Of a stretch of 34,113 bases of DNA, positions 1-13,602 are shown in pieces. Location: positions 1 to 34,113 of the forward strand of contig CAJVPI010000345.1 in assembly GCA_910592345.1 (NCBI GenBank). Direction: 5' to 3'. The DNA comes from Paraglomus brasilianum (Eukaryota). The first letter of the stretch is position 1, and the number at the start of each line of letters is the position of its first letter. Under the pieces are notes generated by a model that had not been told where the DNA came from, made no database searches, and worked only from the letters and a program-made list of their open reading frames with translations. Made by a program: the position numbers and the translations under genes.

Positions 1-1345
1 TTTGTAAAGATATTATTATGTAAGAAAAATGTTTATAATAAAAAAACACCCCGCCATTACTTTTCGGGGGGACTGTAATTATACATTGACTATTTACATA
101 TACATGATTACATCTGAATATAATTACGTTTATAATAATAAGTCGAGAATTCTTCTTTCAGTCTCTCCGACCACAATTGAGCCGATCTTTTATGTAGCGA
201 GTTGTATGCGCGTTTTCTTGTTTTTGACTCCGTGTGGGACTCGTTCGTGAGCTTGTCGTGTCGTGGAAGAACGGCAAGGCTTGTTGTATCGTTGAGCGTG
301 CCTTGTAAAATCGAGAAAATTAAGATATGTGATAATAATGGTACATTTCGTGTAACAACAGTTGTTTCCGAAAAGAAAAACAATTGATGCAGCACACTCG
401 CAGAATAAAAAAATTTTAATGCCTCCGTTACTTTAACTAACTATTGAAAAGCGTCTAATAAATAGCAATAGCGCATGCTTTTTGCTTGATGATAATCCCA
501 ACCATATAATGAAATATTACATACATTTTGACATAGTGATAGGCCATTTCATCAGCCATACTTTTAGTTCAAAACATAGGACAGGATTAAAAATTGTATA
601 GTGAACGTAAATGTATTTATAAAAGCATAAAAACTTTAATTTATATTTATTACAGATTTTTAAACGCTTACTACTGATGCAATTAACTGTATACGAAAAT
701 AATCATTAATGTTATAAAGTGCAAGAACAGTACGCGGTACAATTTCGTACATGATTGTTACTTTATAACGTTAAGGTAGCATCATGTGCACATGTGCTAT
801 TACTTTGCACGGTCTCACTCTCTTTGCCCGCGGTGCGTTTAAGGGAAAGTTGACTGTATAAGGATAATAAAAAAATTGGGTTATCCACACATAAACCAAT
901 AAAAATTGTATTAGCTAGTTTTTGGTTATTTATATTGGAGTTAAAATTGTTGTATCTGAGTTTGGGACCAATAATCCAAATAGTAAGGATAAGCAGCTTA
1001 CATGTTTGCTCTCAGACTGATTATAGTGATACTGGACAATTATCTCAACAACTGCCCAACATATTTAAAACAAAGACCATAATTACAAGCCTGGGGTGCC
1101 AATGGACAACTGGGGGGAAAAGTTGGCATGAACTGACCTGGTAATTGTCGCACATTTGTCGACGGTACTCTAAAACAATTGAAAATACCATGGTTAGAAA
1201 GAATGGAGATTTCTAATTCGTCATAGAAATTAGGAATGGCATTGGAAATTTCTCTGAGCATGCCATATGACAAACCCTCACGACTTGCAAAATTTCATCG
1301 CAATCCGATGTCTGCAGCAAATCCGACATTTTATTTTAAGAATAC

Positions 1346-1435
1346 TACAAATTATAACATTTTGAATTTAACCTTTAAAAATACCAATTTTACAAATTAT
1401 AACATTTTGAATTTAATCTTTAAAAATACCAATTT
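1346..1435. repeat. 45-bp tandem duplication (2 copies)
   Basis: tacaaattataacattttgaatttaa(c/t)ctttaaaaataccaattt at 1346-1390 and 1391-1435, one mismatch. Confidence 0.9.
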
Positions 1436-4400
1436 TTTCCCAAACAATCTTTAGAAACTGCATGGAATGTACGTGTTACCATAATAATAATTGAAACAAT
1501 TTATGGCAATGGTCATATAATATCAACTTGTTCCAAATAAAAGGAAATAAAAGACTGTGGAGAAATGAATTTTTGTTATGCTTAAATTGTTTTTTTCCAA
1601 TTGTTCTATGTAAAATGGACGTTACTCAACAACTAAGATGTCAACTCGCACCAACTTTTTTTCACTAATTCTTCGGAACCTCAGGCTCCGAATATTTTTA
1701 CGGCTGCCGAAACGTAAAACACTTCTACATCAACACTTGCGCTATAAGAATCTGATACTATTACCATTGTGCCTAAATGCATTATCGTAGAATTGGCCTT
1801 TGTCGCGAAAAAGGGCACTGTGCTTACAAATTCCATGTTACCAATGTATCACAGTGGTAGCTGTCGGGGATTCTTGATGAGTCGTTGGCCGATGTGTTCA
1901 CACTTAATCAACAGCATTACTAGCTCGGAAACAAATACAAACTTTTTCAAGACTATAAAGCGACAAGGAATATAGGACATGCTCCGGTCACAACGAGAGT
2001 AAGGCATGAGTTTAGTAAACGAAGACTCTTAATTTATGGTATTATATAAATTCCTTAGGAGGCATGTATGTTGATATTTCATCTGACGGCAAACAATTAA
2101 TAAATTTATCGACTAACATGTACGGTCTTATGTTCCGCATTTATAAAACGATGCTATAATGAGTCATTGGGCGTTGTTATTAAATTAATAGAATCGGAAT
2201 GCGGTTAATATTCTGTGTATACACTAGTACGAATAAATGATTTTTTTTCAAGGAAATAACTCGCTTACGTAGTTCATCATCGTACTAGGCGTATTGTTAA
2301 CTTGGGGATGTGCTGTCTAAAGAGAGCACACTTAATGCTGCCGAAGATCACTATTTCTTTAGATAAATAGGGACGGAGCGACGCATTTATACATAGTGCT
2401 ATAGTGAAGAGTTCAAGTAAATATCGTTCGAGAGTTAAGCTTTCCAGATTATCTAAAAAACTATGCGCTTCGAGAATATTTGTTTAATACACGTAAGGCT
2501 AGAATACTCAATCTACAGCTTCATGAAGAGAAACTATTATCTATCTAAACGCGTTTATAGACAGTTAATCAACGAATCGCATTTGCCAACCACGGACAGG
2601 TCACTGATAGAGGTATTAACGTTTTCACGCTATACCAGTACGACTACTAAGATCGTTTATTTCATGTATGAACATTCGAACGTAAGAAACCAAGTGCTCC
2701 TACGGACAAGACAGCAACGTCATTCGGTCTTTGCTATCCACAATATACCAATTATTCACATTGCTCAAAATGCTTTGATTTGATCAGTTTTCCCAATTCT
2801 CGGATTGCCAGTGATAAGCAACTCTTATACACTATTATCCAAAACAAGAGCGGGCGAGCCAACAAATAGCCAATTCAATAGTATACTACAATTCAATACA
2901 CAATGTCATGAACTCACGAGCCACCTCAGCCCTTGTGATGCTGACGATCACGTCATCAAAAAACGATCGATGCACAAATCTTGTTTTTCCGTCCGGGCTC
3001 CATCATAATCATCCAGAGGTTTTTACCTTGTTTATTGCTCAACTGCTTTAGTTTTCGCTCGCTTGATACTTAATACTACGTTATGTGGATGTATATGCTG
3101 GTATTAGTTCCTGTGGTTGCCTTATTGATAATGCTCGGGAAACTTGTCAGGAAAGTAACAACAGGTGAGAGTAATTATACAACCAAGCGATGTGCTAATG
3201 CCGATAAAACACTGAGTAGTAAGTGTTATTAGATAGTTAGGGCTCACTTTTCCCTTTGCAACCTTTTCCCATACTTTCCGTTTTATCGTTCTAGTCAGAG
3301 ACACATATGTAGCATGGGGAAATCTAGCTAGACTGGGAAGGCTGCGCCCATGGGCATTTACTTTATTGATTAACTATGTGAATCCATACAGTAAATCCGT
3401 ACGTAAGTATAATTGTATAACGTAGATTAGCCTTTTCCTTGAATATCTGAAATGTTATCATTTTTTTCTGATCTTCATTGTCCCATTCTTCCCTTGACTG
3501 CAGATTTTCGTGTAACTACATTAGAAAGAGGGCTCTGTACTGCAGTGATGAAAGTAATGTTCCCGATCCAACTTTAATACTTTACAACGGACATGAAAGA
3601 AAATACCTTCTCCCCGTCTATTATTATTTACTCTACGCTTAATCATCTGGCTAAACGTATCCCAGGAGCAAACGCGCACACATAATCCATTCAACAGTAT
3701 TCACGCGGGGGCACTATTCACATTTGGCGAGACAGTAAGTGCAATGGCTGTGTTTAGTCGGCTCGGAACAAAAAGTCGGGCGATACCGACGGGTGCAAAT
3801 ATTGAGGTGAGTGAGTATTTGAAAGATAGCGAACAGAGTAGCCTATGAAAAAATATTCTAGTGGTATGCATGGATGCAGGTTTCAATATAATGGTGATGT
3901 TTAAGCGTGGTGATAGTTGGAGATTACTAATGGGAAGCTAAAATTTCATATAGTACTTTAAGAAGGCACGAGGTATCTATACATCTTTTAACAATCAGTG
4001 ATTATTCATTGTTTTATTTATTTTTACTTTGTCTTAACTTGTGTATATAAAAATCTACTTTAACATTTGCTATCAAATGTCACTACATCCCCATTTTATG
4101 ATATGCAAGGGCTTATCACTGCAACAGCCGAGTTTAGTCCTGGTGAGCTTGCAGGAAGACAGGAGAAAACTTCAGAGTTAACCATCGTAGATTCATATTT
4201 GGATACAGTCGCAAAGATGAGTATTCAATGGGTTATTGACACAAAGTGAAGCATGTAATTTTTGAGAGACAGAGAGAGGGGGGGAAATGATATGACAGTC
4301 AGACAAAAATGAGACTCGACATGTATTACATTGGTGCAAAAAAAAAAAAGAAGAAAAAAAAAAGAGAAAAGACACAAGGAATAGATAAGGCATATCTTGG

Positions 4401-4519
4401 ACCGGGGCATGTCGGAACGGATCTGGACGACTTTGGTCGAGTCAGTTGACTATGTGTACCAATAAACTCCAAAGTTGTAATAACAATAAAATAAACAACC
4501 TTGTATAGATTATACAGCA

Positions 4520-4579
4520 TGTATTGTATTTATTGTATTGTATTTTTATTGTATTTTTATTGTATTTTTATTGTATTGA
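4520..4579. repeat. Low-complexity TATTG/TATTTT simple repeat
   Basis: tgtattgtatttattgtattgtatttttattgtatttttattgtatttttattgtattg read directly. Confidence 0.75.
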
Positions 4580-5491
4580 ATCTTTTTCTTTTTCTGATTA
4601 TCTCAATTACCCTTAATACTCCCAATTATGACTTCATACAATTCACTCTCATGCTAAAAATAGCCAATTGGATTCCATGGGAAAGCTGGTTCTTTTTTTT
4701 CTCACGCTCATCTCAATCGGGACCGTCTTTCACGTCAAACCCATAACTAACGAGGAGAAATAGATCATGAGCAAATTGATGCATGAGATAAAGAACATTC
4801 CTTATTGGTATGTAGTTAGGTGTCTATGCCGATACAACAATTGCATCACAAACAATAGCTGTGACACATATATTGTACCCAGAATCTTAAACATTTTGTG
4901 ATCCAGTCACTATTATTTATACTCTAGTATTGTTAATATTAGCTCTTCATCAGCATGATCTTATCAACATTATTTATGTATTCTCTTTCCTTGTCGGGAA
5001 GAACCTTTTCATTCGGTGAGGCTAAACAATTTACACGCTAACACCGATGGCAGCACATAATGATATGGCCCCTGACTTGTATGCATACCGTTTTCGTCAC
5101 CACACACACAGACCTCCCATTTTTGCACAGTATGTTTCAGGGGGAAAAGACAATATACAATCTATTTGACAGTAAAGAAAAAAATGGAACTACATGGTGA
5201 AAGTAAAATGTCGAAAAGAAAGGAAAAAAAAAAGAAGAAAATATTTAGGACTGGTAGATGGTAAAAAAAAGGGAGTTTATAAAAAATAAAAGATAATATG
5301 GTCACAGGCTATACAAGAAGTACGCGAACTCTTTATACACGTAAAGATGTAAGAACTCTAAATAACCGATTTTAAACAGTAAGAAAGAAATTATCAAACA
5401 TTATAATGTTCGATGCATACGTTGCTATTCATAATTAATCATTTATAATTAATATTGCTATTCCTCTCTCTCCCGCATTATATTTTTCTAC

Positions 5492-6476
5492 TTAATAGAA
5501 TTTGCTCATTTTTGCGGGATCAGAATACAAGTAGAGATATCCGAGAATAGCCGCACATATCGGAATACCAATGGCTATAAACGGAAAGATAATAGAGACT
5601 AGTGTCAGCGCCGCAGCTCAGCTTTCTCCTCTTTGTTCACTATCCCTAATCACCACTTCACCACTCAACCAACCACCCACACCCAATCGACGCAATCACC
5701 AACAAACTACCAAACATACCTGCGGCAATACTCCACGTACGGCTCTTCTTTCCAACTACTTGACTCTGCGTCGGCGTACAATTTTCATCCTCGTTCATGC
5801 TCGCTCCATAATTCTCGATCTTCTCCTTATTCGTCCACATGCTATCGTCGGGTCTGCCAACAAAATCCTCGGGCCGTCTTCTTTCGTACTTGAACGTCTC
5901 TTCAAAGAATGCTTTGGCACTTAGACTAGGCGGGAAATCAGGCTCGGGCATTGGTGCTGTTGACGCTGTATCGCTGCGCTGGAAATACGGAGGTGGAGAC
6001 TGATCTGACGACGGAGCGAGAGAAGAGTTGTGGCGAGCATAGTTGTGTAGTGAGAGATAAGCGGGTGGGGATTGTTGGGATGACGGCGTATAAGAATATG
6101 GAGGTGGATTTGATCTATGACTTCCAATGCCATTCACATAATCTCTAATCTGTCCTTCTTCGGCTTCGTTTGTAGCCAGGATGCTCCAGCTCTTTTCTTC
6201 TTTTAGTTGGGGAACATGACCCCGATTGTTTCTTCGTGAGTATGAATCGGCATTATCTTCATACTCGACAACGCTCCATGAGCGTTCGCTTACCAACGGA
6301 GGAACGAATTGACGTTGATGCTGGTGTGGAGGAGGATAGTCTGTGATTGCGTTTGGAGGATGTGATAAAGTCATTGGAGAATAGGAAGAGGGATTTAACC
6401 TGTCGATATTGGATGGAATAGGGGATGGCGATAGAGAACGCGGGACGAGAATGAAGGAAAGCTCACCTTGAGACAT
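5492..6476 (-). CDS. Pro/Ser-rich protein with three PPxY motifs and C-terminal transmembrane segment(s); 3' end disrupted by a frameshift and an in-frame TGA
   Basis: 272-aa ORF 5658-6476 contains PPPY, PPAY and PPPY and ends in hydrophobic WSIAAGMFGSLLVIASIG. A +1 frame from ~5682 continues GVGGWLSGEVVIRDSEQRGES*AAALTLVSIIFPFIAIGIPICAAILGYLYLYSDPAKMSKFY* (stop 5492-5494), giving a second TM helix. Confidence 0.65.
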
Positions 6477-7802
6477 TGATATTGATTATATTATGCAGGA
6501 TGCTATATTTTCGGGAATATGATGATTGAATTGAATTCGTATTTGTGTTTTGAAAGGCTTGATAAGATCGCAGTGGGGGTAGGGGTCTTTATAATGGTAG
6601 CGAGAATTCTGCGTGGGTCGTGAGTTTATATTATATCAATTTATTTTGGTGTGTATATTTACGAATTCACCTAGTACTTTTTGGTCAGTATATTTAGGAG
6701 GGTGTTAGTAAGTTTTTTGTTTCGAGTTGGAAAAAATGGGAGTAGCTGCAGATATGTTCCTTTATAAGATAATTCACGTGATTATTTTAGTCGCATGATC
6801 ATTAATTTGATTAATTTAAATTTGTTGACGAATGGCGCAGTTTGAATAAAGGTGATAAACAAATGCTATGTAATATAAATATATTAATATAGTAAATAAA
6901 TTGGCTTATTGTATATGAACAGGTCTCTGCTATAAAGATGTACAAGAGGAAGAGGAAAAGAAAAAGGTTGGATGGTCTAGTGAAAAGGGAGATGCTGATT
7001 ATAGACAAGTACGAATATGGCAAAACGGACAATAAAACAGAGTTTGCGCAGTCAACTTGGTGATAAATGAGAATACATGCAATGACCAATGACAAGGCAT
7101 GAAACAAACACAATACTATGGCATGTATATGTTTGTGTTGTATGTGTTGTTGTTATCCATTTATATGTTTATACTAATACAAAGCAGTTAAAGTATAATA
7201 CTATACTATACTGTAATAATAATACTGTAATAATAACAATTTCTACATATATTTCACAATCATCACATTGCTGTAACTGTCATGGGTGTTGTGGTTAATA
7301 CCGCAGCAAGCAAATCAAGAAATCCCGTTTACTTCTGCACAGTAACAACCTTTGTGACACCTGGCATAATCTATATTTGGCTTGCTCGAACAATGAAAGT
7401 TAATCGCTGCGAATGGCGCAGAAAATGTTTGTGCAGTGTGGATAAATAGGATAAATATCTGGATTTCTAAAACGGGAAATTAGAGAACTGCTTTGATATT
7501 AGTCGAGAATTTTTGTGTACACAACAATATCATCGATAGGTTAGTAAAATTCGTACGTTTTGCCTACTCTTCAGCTTCCAATCAAGCAAAGACACGACAG
7601 TCATAAACTGAAAAGCTAATACGCAGTAGTACAACAACAACTCGGTTCAACAGCCATCACCGAATATATCGTAATTATTAATTAATCTATCAAACCGTCT
7701 TATGCCTTTATTGCCTAGCAGTACAATGACTTACCATCGTCAAACGTTGCGAAAATATTTGCAACTGTTATCATCGCTGTTTACGATACACAATATTAAA
7801 TA

Positions 7803-8363
7803 TTACATTACACTATTACACTGTCTCTCATATAACACCACCGTTTTGCCCTTTTCAGCCCACAAGTTATCATCCATACGACATCTTTTCGCTTTGTACC
7901 AACGCATATACCTCCGCTCTTCACACCGACTCTTCTCGATTAACGCTCCTGGCGATATTTTCTCACCGTCTCGTTTCAATCCATGATACCGACACGGATA
8001 GCCAAAATCTGCCAATCCACATGGTCGATTGCTTTAACTGTGACCGTACATCGGGGAATTTTTAAGGTTGCTGCAAATGAAATAATAATAACACAAACAA
8101 ACGAATAATTTATTCTAAATTTGGTCTCATACAGGGTTCAAGCGTACGTTATTACTAGAAGTGTAGTTAGTGCATAGTCTTGGAAAAGGGAGAAACGTCG
8201 AATGACGTCATAATTAATACGACGTTAGTAGAAACAATCAGTGTTAGCACAGTGAACAAACGTTAATACCAAAGCTAATCAAGACAAGGAACAAACTCTA
8301 TCAATAAATATCGAAATATACATAATCAAGAGTGCAAAAAATATCGGCTGTTGAATACTTCAT
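7803..8363 (-). pseudogene. Possible degraded small secreted Cys/KR-containing protein
   Basis: Signal-like start MKYSTAD/IFALLIMYISIFIDRVCS near 8363 needs one indel. A pyrimidine-rich acceptor (tttgcag) lies at ~8071, followed by ...CGLADFGYPCRYHGLKRDG...CEERRYMRW...LYERQCNSVM*. Broken by stops and frameshifts. Confidence 0.25.
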
Positions 8364-8894
8364 CCATTCTTCATGAGGCAGCGTTGTGTAGCAGGAGTGG
8401 CAAACGTAATATTTTGAAACCAGCCTTTCTAGTTAATTAGAGTAATAATCGACGTTCTCAACGCTTAATCTGTACATCTAGCTCTGATTATGATACCGAA
8501 TACTCATGTATTAATGAAGTCAATAATCTGAATCTGGAGGAAGGATTAGTTATGATTATGCACATACGGATTATAAAGTCGACGGGAACCACAATATAAT
8601 GTACAGGGAAGAAGAAGAAAAGAGATAGATAAAGATAATTTAGTAAGTAGCTTTGGGGCTGCCGGCACTCACCGCATACAAAGGGTTATTTGTTCATAAT
8701 ATACAGTCATTGGACAAAGGTATTGACGAAACGTATCTGATGTGTAAAATCTTTATTTTAAAACCCTCTACAATCCGTATCTGCTATGTCACTGTAATAA
8801 AGGAGTACCGTATTGCATTGGTCTAGTACCCGGGATACTTTACCGGGAAAAAAGAAAACTTGTGTACTTTTAGCATTCTCTTCACAATAAGCCT

Positions 8895-9746
8895 ATGCGC
8901 GACAATAAAAATATTCTTTATGCGAATAAACCAAGAAGGTACGTCGTCAATGGAATGCATGGGACATGTCGTAAAAAAACTTTTCAAATGTTACGGGTAT
9001 CAGATAAGAGAGACGGAAGCGAAGATAATTTAATTATTGATTATGATCAAGTTGTGCACAGTACCAATAACGACAGAAGTGATGTGATAATTATAGAGGA
9101 AGAAGCAGACGTAGTTGATAACTCAAATGTTGATGATGTTGGAGATATGGTTGAAAATAATTATACCTATGTCCATGCGACAGACAATTGGGATGATTAT
9201 ATAGAAATCAGTCTTAACTGTCCGCATAGTAACATGTTTTACTAAGTGATTGTCAAGCTGATTCGATACTTCTATCCGTGATAGATTTCAACAAATTACT
9301 GTGTAGTACGCGACGATGGACCAAAACATTAAACATCGACGTGGCGAAAACCGGGGATAGGATTTTACGTTGAAAGGCTTCGATGCCATGAATGATTGTA
9401 AACTTTATGATACTAAACACAGTCAAACCTCGTACCGATAAATCATAATAAACCCCGTTATAACCTTTAACTGATACATGCAATGGCCTTTACTATTCAA
9501 TCTTACCGAACATTGAAAACCTCAAGTGAGCCTTTAACTTATGCACAGAAGAAAAAGATCCGTACTTTACTTTCTCAAAAACTTGCTCCGACTCAAACTG
9601 CTGTTGCGTATCAATATAGAATTAAGCAAAACACCGCGTTAGAACGAGACAAGTGGTTGGCCACTGATGATGTTGAATTTTTATCAAAAAGAAAGAGAAA
9701 TCCCCTGAGATTGAGTTTAGCATATTTGTTAAACTTTGAAGCTTGA
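8895..9746 (+). pseudogene. Degenerate intronless ORF remnant, possibly the N-terminal part of a DNA-transposon (MULE-like) gene
   Basis: Acidic ORF 8895-9245, protein-like fragments in shifted frames (LSDCQADSILLSVIDFNKLLCSTRRWTK), then ORF 9483-9746 (LTYAQKKKIRTLLSQKLAPTQT...WLATDDVE). No catalytic DDE domain or TIRs seen; the family call is an impression only. Confidence 0.25.
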
Positions 9747-10084
9747 GAAGTAATTTGTTGGCTCACTCTATTTCAAAAGAAAGCAAACGTCCATTGATAG
9801 TTTTATTTGTAATTGTTAGTTTATCTGCAATAAAGCTTGAAATTTCATTTAACACCCCGATAAATCGATATTATCGGTAAAAAGAAAATAATGAGGTTTG
9901 ACCGTATAATGGGTGCTGCGGCTGTCACGCATCCTGAACATTTTATTCGACGACATTGACGTTTTATAAACTGTTTGTCTGTACACTCATGTTAATGCTG
10001 TCAGTACGAATAACGAACGCTATATGAAGAGCAAAAGACAACAACGATAAAAGCGTTTGAGTGTAGTACTTCTACAGATCAATC

Positions 10085-10920
10085 ATGGTTCGCAAATTAT
10101 AACAATACTATGATTTGGATCCAGCGAGCGCGTTTGCTTCTTGATGTTACCACATTAAGTTTCAACTGCTCCATATAGTCAACATCCAATTTAAGTGACG
10201 TCCCATATCGATATGCGATGTGTCTTATCAGTAAGATCGTTAGTAATCAACTGCAACGCGAGATATAGACAAATAAATAGCACCAACATCAACAAGATAT
10301 GAACTTAAGCCAATGCGGCTAACAAGCAGCACATGTTGGACTCCTTTTGCGTGCGCGTACATGAGTCCCAACCCCAGAAAGTGTTATTTCTATAAAGTAA
10401 ACAATTAATAGCGCCAAAATATTAATCATATATGCCAATAAGCCTATCATCCTCAATTATGATCTCTTCACCTGCTGGAGGTTCGCTTTCTTTATTTTCT
10501 TCGGCTGTTAGTGGAGTGAGTGATGGGCCATAGTCAGTTGGACTTGCTCCTGCAAAGTTGACATATTGTACAACTAATTTTTATACTATCTTGTTCACAC
10601 ATCAATTTTTGGGAGGAAATCATTAACTGATACTTTAAGGTCTTCAGTAAAATAAAGTCATCCTTTTGCGTTACAAAGAGAATCTACATCTTCTTTTACC
10701 TAATGTGCATTTCTGTTAATCACACGAATCAATTAAACCACAGCATTTGTTAAGAAGAACAAAATCGGGATTGAAGAGCACTTATTTTGTTTGATACGCA
10801 ATTGTGTATCTCAGTAAGTGTATCGGCTCCAGTACTGTCCTGAACAAGCGCGTCGACTAGTCGTAGCGTGCATAGCCGCTACGAGAAACCAGCGCGCAAA
10901 ATTGTCAATCTCGTCCAATT
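10085..10920 (-). pseudogene. Degraded multi-exon gene of unknown family
   Basis: Protein-like segments (RLVDALVQDSTGADTLTEIHNC; VKEDVDSLCNAKG*LYFTEDLK; GASPTDYGPSLTPLTAEENKESEPPAGEEIIIEDDRL) are separated by AT-rich intron-like gaps ending in YAG, with internal stops and frameshifts. Confidence 0.3.
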
Positions 10921-11836
10921 TTATCACCAATTTACAAGTACAATGTTGAATTCAATTCTCCAACCACAATTTAAAGACAAAATGTGGGGTTTCAAATATC
11001 ATGTCGGCGGTTGGATAATAGGGAAATTTATTTTGACAATTTGACGCATCCTTCGAGCTTATATTAAGGGTTTCAACCCATTTATGGAAATCAAATGCTC
11101 GCAAGTTATCTGATTGCCTTCCTTATATCGATAATAATAGAATAATTGTGGGCTTACTTTAGCTATAAAGGGAAAAGGCTAATAAATACTTGCAGCTAGC
11201 GTAACCAAAACCGGGATAACTAAATCCCGAAATAAAGGAATTAATATTTATCCAAATAGAAATCTCTCAGAAATTGTAGCAGATTATCACCTACGCTGGA
11301 TAGTGCAACAAGAAAGGGGATTTCTTTAGTGTGTGACATTGCTCGGTGTATCAAAGCGAGCATGTCTTAATCATCAAACCCTAGCCATGGTGTTGATATA
11401 ATAATCCATTACAACCCAAAACTTGTCACAGTTATAATCATTTTTAATAGTATACGTGCCACGCGCCTTTCGTCTTCTAATCATTGTGTATTGAATTTAC
11501 AACAAGTAGGGAATCCTATATTAAATCCTATGAACGTTAATTATTAAAAATGAGTTCAATTCTGTATAATTGCTCATGCAAACAAAAGAATTGTCATTTT
11601 CCCATAAATACAATGATAAAAATAAGTTAAACATTACAGCTTGATATATTGTACACCTATTGACCCTAGCAAAAAAAATGTCGCTTTTCCCAATGAAGGG
11701 ATAAATGAAAAACAAAACCCCTTTCTTTTGATCCATCAGATATTAAATCGTATTTCAGAATAGTCTTTCCATTCTCACACATTTATATTCTATTGTTTAT
11801 CGATCCAATAGACAAAAGAAGTCGTTGCTTCCGCTG

Positions 11837-13602
11837 CTACGCATCTTTGGGCTTTCGAAGTAATATAAAGAACATTGGCGTAAATATTCCCGTTTCACCT
11901 CCTTCGACTAGAGCATCAGCAGCATTCATGAGAACTGACGATACATCGGTAGAACCAGACGCGGCAATGCCCAATAATTCGAGCACTGCGACTAACTTGT
12001 GTGTAGTCCTTTGTGAGCAAAAGCGGAAGATTATATGGACATTAATAGGCGGGTTTCGAAAACGGAAATTAATCGCATATTCAAAGAAAAGATGACTTAC
12101 CATCTGCCAATACGCGTCATCTTAAAATCGGTAAGAGAAAATTTGCCTTTTAAAGTGTTATACCAAGGATCGTGGCATTCATCCAATATTGCCATATCTT
12201 CGTATTCCACAATTTCAAACCCAACTTTCTTTGCAGCATCGAGCGCTTGTATGTACGTACTCAACTTTGGGATAGAGTTACCCTCCTATTCATTCAAGCA
12301 ATAATCAGTTTAGTTACCACATTCGCTGTAAAAAATCCAAATAAATTCATATACGTTTTCTTTTCTTTATGTCATTGTATTATAATCTCATTTTACCTCT
12401 ATTCCATGGATAATCCGCCTATGGTCGGCGTCGTTATCGTCATATTTCGATGTGGTGACCCATTCGTAAGTAGCAAACAAACCACCTGGTTTCAGAGCAC
12501 GAAATACCTCGCCATAAACCAGTTCAAGTTTTGGAGAGTGGACAGTGGCCTCGAGAGCATATGCGGTGTCGAATCGATTGTAAAGTTCGCGGGGAATATT
12601 AGTGAAATCGCCCTAAGTGAAAATGAAATGCGGTGAAGAGATGTCTTATTTTTCGATATTTCATGTTATCTATTCCCACATTTTCATAGCCATTGCTTTA
12701 TATGGTTTGATGGAACCTGGTCACAGAAAAAATTAGTGGTTTGATACCTTTACAAAATCCGTCATACTTTCCAATCCAAACTTCTTTGAGTAAGTCTTAC
12801 ATCTTTCGATTTGGTAAGCATTATTGTTTATCCCAGTCACGTGCGCACCACTTAACCTGACAATTTCTCGCATAGGACCGCCTACTCCGCATCCAACATC
12901 CTGCAGAATGTACAAAAAAATTACATTGGTTACATTCTAACATCAATATAGACACGATATCACCACCCACACAAGAATTATAAATAAAATGGCAGTAACA
13001 CGGTAAATATTTAGTACATGGCTGGTATCTGATTGGAATAAAAAGACAGATGTCATGTGATCATAAAGTATGTTTGTCTTACGAATGTTCTACTGTTCCG
13101 AGATAATCCTAACTTGAGAGATAGATATTGCTCATGCCGCTTTATTGATTGTTCGAAAGTATCGCCTTTGTATGAACGGGCAAAGTGGAAGGATTCGCCC
13201 CATCCTATATGACGAGAGGGATACTGTGTGTTAATAATGGGACTTGCATGCATGAATGGGTCAAACACCCAATGACGACATGGTTAAACCATCTGGGAAA
13301 GCGTTTTTCTTCGTCTTCCCCTTTTATCTTTACTTGCCATATTCATAAAAGTCGGTAACGATATCATAGAAAGCGTTGGTCATTATTTGTGCATGTTCTC
13401 GCCTGTTTTTGATGCTTTCTTCTCTGTTTGTTGCATCTTTTTTATCGGCCTTCCACATATCAGTATAAGTGTTTACAATTGTTTGATGGATGTTGGCATC
13501 TTTCCTGTGTATCTTCCTTACAAAGCCGCTAGGTTCGTAGATAATATCACCGTGGTGTTGTCTCATAAGGTCAGCATTGCCAGGCTCGTATGCTGTCGTC
13601 AT
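11837..13602 (-). CDS. ERG6: Sterol 24-C-methyltransferase (SAM-dependent), 370 aa, 6 exons
   Basis: Exons 13602-13338, 13204-13083, 12900-12748, 12612-12397, 12285-12101, 12008-11837 join in frame (1113 nt). SMT motifs present: FYEYGWGESFHFA, SAM-binding DVGCGVGGP, YALEATVHSP, LKPGG..YEWV, and C-terminal LVEGGETGIFTPMF..LRKP. Intron 1 is GC-AG. Confidence 0.96.

Noticed and set aside
1040..2007. Cys-containing minus-strand fragments as a gene
   Set aside because: I could not build a consistent spliced model or recognise a domain.
7803..8015. LADFG as a protein-kinase DFG motif
   Set aside because: No HRD, VAIK, APE or Gly-rich loop is found nearby; the surrounding sequence does not resemble a kinase.
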